From: Flavobacteriaceae bacterium
GTDB taxonomy: Bacteria; Bacteroidota; Bacteroidia; Flavobacteriales; Flavobacteriaceae
Reading direction: 5' to 3'
Assembly (NCBI GenBank): GCA_965224465.1
Contig: OZ245049.1
Location: 3,930,001-3,962,000 of the forward strand
Length of the DNA stretch: 32,000 bases
In this document: in pieces, positions 25,393-32,000 of the stretch
How the letters are laid out: every line of letters begins with the position of its first letter
Position numbering within the stretch: the first letter of the stretch is position 1
Translations under genes and position numbers: made by a program
Notes under the pieces: generated by a model
The model's database searches: none
Told to the model about the DNA's origin: nothing
What the model saw: only the letters and a program-made list of their open reading frames with translations

Positions 25393-27954
25393 TTAAAATT
25401 GTTGTCCAATGATAAAATGTGTTTGCCATCCTGATTTTACAAAAGTTCCTGGTACATCGTCAAATCCGTAAGCAAAATCAATTCCTAACAATCCGAAGGC
25501 TGGCATAAATACTCGCAAACCTACACCCGCAGATCTTTTTACTTGGAATGGATTAAATTGTTTAAATCCATCATAAGAATTTCCTGCTTCTAAAAAACCG
25601 AGCACATAAATAGATGCAGATGGTTTTAGGGTAATTGGATAGCGAAGTTCTAATTGGAACTTATTGTACATAGTCCCTCCAGAAATACTAGACAGTCTGT
25701 TGTTTTCATATCCTCTTAAAGCTACTGATGTACGTCCATCTAATTGGTAAGAAGACATTCCGTCACCTCCAACAAAATAGCGTTCAAAAGGTGAATCTCC
25801 TAATTTGTCATTGTAACTTCCCAAGTATCCAAATTCTGCATTGGTCATTAATACCAAATCTGCAAATATATTAGAATACCATTTCCCTTTAAATTCAAAC
25901 TTGTAATATTCCAACCATTTGAATTTTTCTGAATCTGGTTCATTATCATAATCTTTTCCATTCAATAAAGAATAAGGAATGGTGAATTTACCTGTAATAC
26001 TAAAATCAGATCCTGATTTAGGGAAAATTGGATTAGGTCCTGCAGAGCTACGTCCTAATTTTATTTGGTAGGCTAAATTGTTTGATTTTCCTGTTCCATT
26101 TTCAAAACTAAAGGTTGATATTGGATAGTTTTTTAAATCGTATAATTGGTAACTAATGGTTTGAGATAAGGTGAAATAATCATCAGGCCATTTTAAACGT
26201 TGTCCAAGTCCTACAGTTGCACCAATAATATTTAAACGTTGGTCTTTGTTTACATTTCGAGTTCTATAATCATATTGGAACTGTTTCGAGTTGTATACAG
26301 AAAACGATAAAGATTTAGGGGTTTTTCCTCCTAACCAAGGCTCAGTGAATGAAAAACTTGAGGTTGTGTAATACCTACTTTTTTGTAATCTAAGTGCTAA
26401 TTTTTGACCATCTCCCATTGGTAATGGCTTGTAAGATTTTTTATTAAAAATGTTTTTAATAGAAAAGTTATTGAATGATAATCCTAAGGTTCCAATAAAT
26501 GATCCTCCACCATATCCACCTTGTAATTCTATTTGACTAGAACCTTTTTCGGCAACAGAATAGTCAATATCTACAGTTTTGTCCTCGTAGTTTGGTTTTA
26601 AATCTGGAGTAATCGTCTCTGCGTCAAAAAATCCTAATTGTCCAACTTCACGGATGGTTCTAATAATTGCGTCTTTGCTGTATAAATAACCTGGTTTGGT
26701 TCTGATTTCACGGTAAATTACATGATCGTTGGTACGGTCATTTCCGTTTACTGTTACTTTTCTTATGTAGGTAGGTTCATCTTCATGGATGCGAATTTCA
26801 ATATCAATAGAGTCGTTTTTTACACGTGTTTCAACAGGAACCACTTGTGAGAATAAGAATCCGCTATTTTGATATAAGGTAGTTATGTCTTCCGAGTCTG
26901 GTGATCCATCTCCTGTAACACGTTCTTTTAATATTTTTCCATTATAAGTTTCTCCTTTGTCAATTTTAAGAAGACGGTGTAATTGCTCGTCCGTAAATTT
27001 GATGTTTCCTAAGAATTTAATATCCCCAAAATAGTATTTATTACCTTCCTCTAATTTGATATTTAAATTGATGGTATTGTCCTTATTCCAAGTCAAAGAT
27101 TTTCCAACAATCTGAGCATCGCGATACCCTTTTTCACTGTAGTCTGTAATTAAACTTTCTAGATCTTCCGTGTATTTATCTTTTATGTATTTAGATGTCT
27201 TCCAGAAACGTCCAAACATTTTTTTCTTGGTGTTCTTGAAGGATTTTCGAAGCTTTTTGTCTGTAAATGCCTTGTTACCTTCAAACGTAATTTTCTTTAT
27301 TTTAATTTTTTGACCTTTATCAACATGAATTAACATCTTAACAGTGTTAATATTACTGGTGTCTTTTCTGGTGGTCAAAGTAACTTTGGTTTTTAGAAAC
27401 CCTTTTTCTTTATACTTGTCTTGTATGTAATTTTTAGAGGTAACTATCAAGTTGTCAGTTACCATGACTCCTTTTTTTAATTCGGTCTCCTTTTTGATGT
27501 CTTTCGCTTTACTCGATTTAATTCCAGTAATGGTAAGTTTACTTAATTGCGGTAATTCTTTGACGTCAAAATCCAAATAAGCGACAGTACCATCTATTTT
27601 AGCAATATAAACATCTACTTGGCTGAATTGTTTTGTTTCGTATAATTTTTTAATTGCACTCGTTAATTTGTCGCCAGGCAGTTTTATTTTCTGTCCTGTC
27701 TTTAGCCCCGTAAACACTTTTACGGTTTCTTCTGAGAATTTTACGAGTCCTTGGACGTTTATTCCTCCTAGTTCATAGGATTTCCCATGTTCAAACTTGG
27801 TGTTTGAAGGAAGTTTTTTAGTAAGATCTTTTGTAGAAATAGTGTCAACAGAAGTGGAGATAATTTCTTTAGTAGCTGTTTTTTCTTGTGCGTTTAAGGC
27901 AAAAGAAGCGATACTTACAGCTAATAGTAAAACGGTGTTTTTTATACTTTGCAT
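25393..27954 (-). CDS. bamA: Outer membrane protein assembly factor BamA
   Basis: 853-aa ORF with a signal peptide, repeated POTRA-like modules and a C-terminal beta-barrel ending in an aromatic residue (...HFIIGQQF). Flanked by uppS and ompH genes. Confidence 0.94.
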   Translation of the reverse strand: MQSIKNTVLLLAVSIASFALNAQEKTATKEIISTSVDTISTKDLTKKLPSNTKFEHGKSYELGGINVQGLVKFSEETVKVFTGLKTGQKIKLPGDKLTSAIKKLYETKQFSQVDVYIAKIDGTVAYLDFDVKELPQLSKLTITGIKSSKAKDIKKETELKKGVMVTDNLIVTSKNYIQDKYKEKGFLKTKVTLTTRKDTSNINTVKMLIHVDKGQKIKIKKITFEGNKAFTDKKLRKSFKNTKKKMFGRFWKTSKYIKDKYTEDLESLITDYSEKGYRDAQIVGKSLTWNKDNTINLNIKLEEGNKYYFGDIKFLGNIKFTDEQLHRLLKIDKGETYNGKILKERVTGDGSPDSEDITTLYQNSGFLFSQVVPVETRVKNDSIDIEIRIHEDEPTYIRKVTVNGNDRTNDHVIYREIRTKPGYLYSKDAIIRTIREVGQLGFFDAETITPDLKPNYEDKTVDIDYSVAEKGSSQIELQGGYGGGSFIGTLGLSFNNFSIKNIFNKKSYKPLPMGDGQKLALRLQKSRYYTTSSFSFTEPWLGGKTPKSLSFSVYNSKQFQYDYRTRNVNKDQRLNIIGATVGLGQRLKWPDDYFTLSQTISYQLYDLKNYPISTFSFENGTGKSNNLAYQIKLGRSSAGPNPIFPKSGSDFSITGKFTIPYSLLNGKDYDNEPDSEKFKWLEYYKFEFKGKWYSNIFADLVLMTNAEFGYLGSYNDKLGDSPFERYFVGGDGMSSYQLDGRTSVALRGYENNRLSSISGGTMYNKFQLELRYPITLKPSASIYVLGFLEAGNSYDGFKQFNPFQVKRSAGVGLRVFMPAFGLLGIDFAYGFDDVPGTFVKSGWQTHFIIGQQF

Positions 27955-28703
27955 TAGGTCTTTTCTATTTGTTCGCTTGTTTTTCCGAAGCGACGTTCTC
28001 GATTTTGATAAGTTGCTATTGCTTTGATTAAGTGTGGTTTTTTAAAGTCTGGCCAGCAAACATCAGTAAAGTATAATTCGCTGTAGGCAATTTGCCAGAG
28101 CAGAAAGTTACTAATACGTTGTTCACCACTAGTTCTAATCAATAAATCAACATCGGGCAAAGAAAACGTATATAAATGGTTATTAATAATTTTTTCATCG
28201 ATTTCTTCAATTTTTATAGAATTATTAACAACTTTTTCAGATATTTTTTTGATTGCATTAACTATTTCTTCACGTGAACCGTAACTAAGAGCTAAGGATA
28301 AGACAATTCCAGTATTATTTTTGGTGAGACTGATGACTTCATTTAGTTTTTTACGAACAGATCCTGGTAGCGCTTCCATGTTTCCAATGACCTTTAATTG
28401 GACATTGTTTTTTTGCATACTTTTAACTTCTTTTTTTAAAGAACTTACAAGTATGTTCATCAATGCCGTGACTTCTAGCTTAGGTCTGTTCCAGTTTTCA
28501 GTTGAAAAAGCGTATAAGGTAAGGTATTCAATTCCTAATTCTATTGCTGATTCTAATGTCTCTCGGACAGATGAAACACCGTGTTTATGTCCAAAAATAC
28601 GTGGTTTTCCTTGTTCTTTTGCCCATCGTCCATTGCCATCCATAATAATGGCAATATGTTTGGGTAGTTTTGTTTTATCAATCAATTGTTTGGTTGCTAT
28701 CAT
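27954..28703 (-). CDS. uppS: Isoprenyl transferase / undecaprenyl-diphosphate synthase
   Basis: Motifs HIAIIMDGNGRWA, TLYAFSTENW.RP and RTSGE.R.SNFLLWQ. I prefer the ATG at 28701-28703 (MIATKQ...), which forms TAATG with the upstream stop. The ORF track start is 28721. Confidence 0.92.
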   Translation of the reverse strand: MIATKQLIDKTKLPKHIAIIMDGNGRWAKEQGKPRIFGHKHGVSSVRETLESAIELGIEYLTLYAFSTENWNRPKLEVTALMNILVSSLKKEVKSMQKNNVQLKVIGNMEALPGSVRKKLNEVISLTKNNTGIVLSLALSYGSREEIVNAIKKISEKVVNNSIKIEEIDEKIINNHLYTFSLPDVDLLIRTSGEQRISNFLLWQIAYSELYFTDVCWPDFKKPHLIKAIATYQNRERRFGKTSEQIEKT

Positions 28704-29380
28704 TAACGTGGTGCATAACATGGTGGTCGCCCAAAGGTATATATAAATGAGACAGTACTAAACATATACCAATCATTATTATTGGGATTCCCAAATTGTA
28801 GGGATTTAATTTCTTTGTGATTGTAGTCTAAATCATCTCTAAATGTGTATCTAGCTCTTAGTTCTAAAGCAATTGAAATATCTTTTATTAATTTACTCTT
28901 GAAACCTACCCCTAAAGGAATGGCAACTGAATACTGATTCTTATACTCGTATTTTCCAGAGGAAGTTTCTTTTACAGGTTTTAAAGAATTAAAAACAGCG
29001 GCTTCAAAAATGATATAAGGAGTGGCTGTTCTACCTATAGTTGATAGATCGTATTCCCAAAAATTAAAATCTAAACCAAGGGATAATTCTTTGATTGTAT
29101 TGGTAAATGATATCCCCCTGTTTTTTCGAACAATATTTTTTGCATTTGCATCATTTGCAGCTATTTGTGCGTAAGTAAAAGCAATACGCCACGCAACTCT
29201 AGGATTAGTATTGTACTTATAGATAGCTCCTAAAGCGATTCTGTTTGGTGAAATGTAGGATTCTTTTCCGATATCTCCTATGTAATTATTTCCGCCTATA
29301 GTAATTCCTATTTCATGAATCTGTGCTTCTGAAATTTGTGAGATGCACAGAAAAATAAAAAATAAAATTGTCTTTTTCAT
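28703..29380 (-). CDS. Outer-membrane beta-barrel protein, DUF6089-like
   Basis: Signal peptide MKKTILFFIFLCISQISEAQ, then alternating beta-strand-like sequence ending in an aromatic-rich C-terminus. It occupies the position between nadK and uppS. I chose the start at 29378-29380 over 29398. Confidence 0.65.
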   Translation of the reverse strand: MKKTILFFIFLCISQISEAQIHEIGITIGGNNYIGDIGKESYISPNRIALGAIYKYNTNPRVAWRIAFTYAQIAANDANAKNIVRKNRGISFTNTIKELSLGLDFNFWEYDLSTIGRTATPYIIFEAAVFNSLKPVKETSSGKYEYKNQYSVAIPLGVGFKSKLIKDISIALELRARYTFRDDLDYNHKEIKSLQFGNPNNNDWYMFSTVSFIYTFGRPPCYAPR

Positions 29381-29470
29381 ATTCAAATATACGAGCAAAT
29401 ATTATTTATTTGCATGATTATGGATTACTAATAACTATTTTTTGTAATATATATTGCAAGTGTTCCCAAA

Positions 29471-30370
29471 CTAATTAGATGTTTTTGTGTTTCTAGTATC
29501 TTCTCCCCAAAGTAGTTTCTCTCGGAGTGTTTTTATAAAAGTTTGCTTATTTATTTGAATCATTTTTAAGGTAAAATCTGCTTTTCTTAGATGTATAGTA
29601 GTATCATTATGAATGGTAAATATTCGTGAGTCTAAGGATAAGAACGATTCGTTTTCTCTCCCATTTGCGCGCAATGTAATTTTTGTATTGTCTGGAATCA
29701 CCAATGGGCGTGCATTTAAGTTATGTGGTGCAATCGGAGTCAATACAAAATTATTGGCCTGGGGTGTAATTACAGGACCACCACAACTTAATGAATATCC
29801 AGTGCTACCTGTTGGGGTTGCTACAATTAATCCATCTGCCCAGTAAGACGTTAAAAACTCGTCATCCAAATAGGTTTCTACGGTAATCATAGAAGTAGAT
29901 GTTTTTCTACTCACTGATATTTCGTTCAAAGCAAAATTCATTTTTTTTAATCCTTCAGTTGGTGGCTCTGTATGGACGCGCAACAAACTGCGTTCTTTGA
30001 TATGGTAATTTTTGTCAATAAGTAATTGTATGGTTGCTTTGATCTCGTCTTTGGGAGCAGTTGCTAAAAAACCGAGCCTTCCTGTGTTGATTCCTAAAAA
30101 AGGTATGTTTGTATTTCTAACATATGTGATGGCTCGTAAAATAGTTCCGTCTCCACCAATGGTTAACATTATGTCAAAACTTTCATCTATTTGACTGTGA
30201 TGATTGAATGTTTTGTACGCTTTTTTAAGACCTATTTTTTGTTGGATCTCTATGTAAAACTCTTCTTCTATATGTGTTTCTACATTGTGATGTTCCAATT
30301 GTTGAAACAATTCTATAATGTATGTTTTTGAAAGTTCAGTAATATGTTGATTGTATAAGGCAATCTTCAT
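29471..30370 (-). CDS. nadK: NAD(+) kinase
   Basis: Motifs GGDGTILRA and TPTGSTGYSLSCGGP. Confidence 0.92.
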   Translation of the reverse strand: MKIALYNQHITELSKTYIIELFQQLEHHNVETHIEEEFYIEIQQKIGLKKAYKTFNHHSQIDESFDIMLTIGGDGTILRAITYVRNTNIPFLGINTGRLGFLATAPKDEIKATIQLLIDKNYHIKERSLLRVHTEPPTEGLKKMNFALNEISVSRKTSTSMITVETYLDDEFLTSYWADGLIVATPTGSTGYSLSCGGPVITPQANNFVLTPIAPHNLNARPLVIPDNTKITLRANGRENESFLSLDSRIFTIHNDTTIHLRKADFTLKMIQINKQTFIKTLREKLLWGEDTRNTKTSN

Positions 30371-30412
30371 GTAGGTTGTAGTTTTATAATTTATTTGTTG
30401 CTTTTAGGCGGC

Positions 30413-31069
30413 CTAAATGCTTAAGTATTTACGTAGGTAATCAGAGCGTTCTTTAAGCGTCTCTAAAAAATAATCGTCTTTGTGTTCTGTGATTACTTTA
30501 TAATCATACCTTCTAAATGATTGTATAACTTCGTTTATTTCATCACTGTAAAATTTGACGCCAATTTGGACAATATCGTTCCTGTTTTCGGTGATAAATA
30601 CGCCTAGTAATCTTGCTTTAGTACTTTCTACAATTTGTGAAATTTCACTAAAAGAGAAATCTTTAGCAGCTTTTTCTACGATAAGGGTCAATCCTTGCTC
30701 GCTTAAAAAAGGGGTGTTGTAACACAATTCTAGAATGTCGTTCAGTTCAAAATATCCTATGTATTGATGCTCTTTGTTCAGTACAGGAAGAATGTTTGTT
30801 TCGTTCACTGTAAATTTCTTGAGTAATTCTAATACATCTGTGTTCTCATCTGCAAAAAAGACATCAAATAAATGGGAAGAATCTTTTAATAGGCTATTTG
30901 CTTCAATGGCGTGAATGTCACTTTCGGAAATAAGTCCTAATAGTTGGTTTTCAACAACTATAGGGAGATGAGAAATGGGCTGATTTCTGAATACCTGAAT
31001 GGCTACAGCTACCTTGTCCTTTGGAGAAAGCGCCTTTAAATCGGATAATATGTAAGATGTTGTATTCAT
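30413..31069 (-). CDS. CBS domain-containing protein
   Basis: 218-aa ORF with two CBS-like modules (HLPIVVENQLLGLISESDI; ILPVLNKEHQYIGYFELNDI). It is upstream of nadK on the same strand. Confidence 0.78.
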   Translation of the reverse strand: MNTTSYILSDLKALSPKDKVAVAIQVFRNQPISHLPIVVENQLLGLISESDIHAIEANSLLKDSSHLFDVFFADENTDVLELLKKFTVNETNILPVLNKEHQYIGYFELNDILELCYNTPFLSEQGLTLIVEKAAKDFSFSEISQIVESTKARLLGVFITENRNDIVQIGVKFYSDEINEVIQSFRRYDYKVITEHKDDYFLETLKERSDYLRKYLSI

Positions 31070-31159
31070 TTGTTGTACTAAATGTAGTGCAAATTAATTA
31101 AAAATAAAACGAATGTTGTACCATTGTTTGTAAATTTGCAAACAATAAAATTTAGAACA

Positions 31160-31888
31160 ATGACAAAGTTAAGTGTAAATGTTAATAAAATTGCGACTTT
31201 ACGTAATTCTAGAGGCGGAGATTTTCCAAATGTAGTAAAAGTTGTCATGGACATAGAATCCTTTGGCGCGCAAGGAATTACTATTCATCCGAGACCAGAC
31301 GAACGTCATATTCGCTATCAAGATGCTTTTGATTTGAAAAAAGTAGTGAAGACCGAGTTTAATATCGAAGGAAATCCTATTCAGAGCTTTATGGATCTAG
31401 TATTGGCAAACAAACCAACTCAGGTTACTTTGGTGCCTGACGCGGTGGATGCGATCACTTCTAATGCAGGTTGGGATACTATAAAAAATGCTGATTTTTT
31501 AAAAGAAGTAATTCAAGAGTTTAAAAATGCAGGAATTAGAACTTCTGTTTTTATTGATACAAACAAGAAATTAATAGAAGGTGCTGCAAAAATTGGAGCA
31601 GATCGTATTGAATTGTATACCGAAGATTTTGCAAGTCAATATGCACTTGGGAATCTAGAGGCAGTAAAAGAATATACCAAAAGTGCTGAATTAGCAACAG
31701 CCTTGGGAATGGGGATAAATGCAGGGCATGACCTAAGTTTGCAAAATATTGAGTTTTTTACAGCCAATGTTCCTCACTTATTAGAGGTTTCTATTGGGCA
31801 TGCTTTAATTGCAGAGTCCTTGTATTTAGGCTTGGAGAATGTGGTAAATATGTATTTGGAAAAATTAAGAAAAGGAAACGCACTTTAA
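31160..31888 (+). CDS. pdxJ: Pyridoxine 5'-phosphate synthase
   Basis: Motifs LSVNVNKIATLRNSRGG, ITIHPRPDERHI and NAGHDL. I prefer the start at 31160 (MTKLSVN...) over the ORF track start at 31124. Confidence 0.92.
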   Translation: MTKLSVNVNKIATLRNSRGGDFPNVVKVVMDIESFGAQGITIHPRPDERHIRYQDAFDLKKVVKTEFNIEGNPIQSFMDLVLANKPTQVTLVPDAVDAITSNAGWDTIKNADFLKEVIQEFKNAGIRTSVFIDTNKKLIEGAAKIGADRIELYTEDFASQYALGNLEAVKEYTKSAELATALGMGINAGHDLSLQNIEFFTANVPHLLEVSIGHALIAESLYLGLENVVNMYLEKLRKGNAL

Positions 31889-31889
31889 A

Positions 31890-32000
31890 ATGATGTTAGT
31901 ACACGCTCGCGTTTTAGGAGAAGGAACACCCTTATTAGTTTTGCATGGTTATTTTGGAATGGGTGATAATTGGAAATCCATCGGTGCCAAACTAAGTGAC
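31890..32000 (+). CDS. Alpha/beta-fold hydrolase, N-terminal fragment; gene runs off the window
   Basis: Hand translation gives MMLVHARVLGEGTPLLVLHGYFGMGDNWKSIGAKLSD. PLLVLHG.....NW is the typical first strand and oxyanion region of alpha/beta hydrolases. Confidence 0.5.
   Translation, partial: MMLVHARVLGEGTPLLVLHGYFGMGDNWKSIGAKLSD

Noticed and set aside
30394-30412. Near-palindrome tttaggcggcctaaa between nadK and the CBS gene. It also loosely resembles the ttttagctaggcgg core of the repeat element.
   Set aside because: It is a 6-bp stem with a 3-nt loop and no T-run on the minus strand, and it overlaps the CBS stop codon. The resemblance to the repeat covers only a few nucleotides.
1-32000. 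Looked for tRNA or rRNA genes, CRISPR repeat-spacer arrays, IS elements or transposases, and toxin-antitoxin or known defence gene signatures.
   Set aside because: I found none by eye: no T-loop GGTTCGAATCC-type motifs outside the riboswitch context, no regularly spaced 25-40-nt repeats, and no transposase- or integrase-like ORFs. Dedicated tools (tRNAscan-SE, CRISPR finders, ISfinder BLAST) should confirm.

Overview
AT-rich chromosomal segment with the gene content and organisation of a Flavobacteriia (Bacteroidota) genome; I cannot assign a genus from sequence alone. Left to right: (1) a minus-strand periplasmic oxidoreductase trio: GMC flavoprotein, a small Tat-signal subunit and a Tat-signal Gfo/Idh/MocA enzyme truncated by the window edge. 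(2) A Leloir galactose cluster: galT, galK and a sodium:sugar symporter. (3) An orphan receiver-only response regulator. (4) A cobalamin riboswitch followed by the cobalt ECF transporter cbiMNQO. (5) An ABC ATPase plus a 1214-aa ABC-2 permease fused to an M1 zinc peptidase. (6) A lone PorP/SprF-type T9SS membrane protein. (7) A SIMPL + vWA operon divergent from a TPR/LytS-type histidine kinase, a LytTR regulator and a gamma-carbonic-anhydrase-like gene. (8) A conserved housekeeping block: murI, two ompH/skp, bamA, uppS, DUF6089-like, nadK, CBS protein, pdxJ and the start of an alpha/beta hydrolase. I see no tRNA, rRNA, CRISPR array, transposase, integrase or recognisable defence gene. No clear-cut new multi-gene system stands out. 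The strongest signal not explained by genes is a ~160-nt intergenic element present twice in direct orientation (7177-7336 and 17039-17198, about 90% identical by hand alignment). Its potential stems are preserved, and the second copy sits directly before a strong intrinsic terminator, so it is a candidate small-RNA or leader family. Other leads are the permease::M1 peptidase fusion, which keeps the zinc site but has no GxMEN exopeptidase motif; three TGAGTGA-core 9-mers in the divergent promoter next to the LytTR system; and a three-hairpin intergenic stretch at about 23000-23102. All functional calls come from motif recognition by eye; no searches were run.
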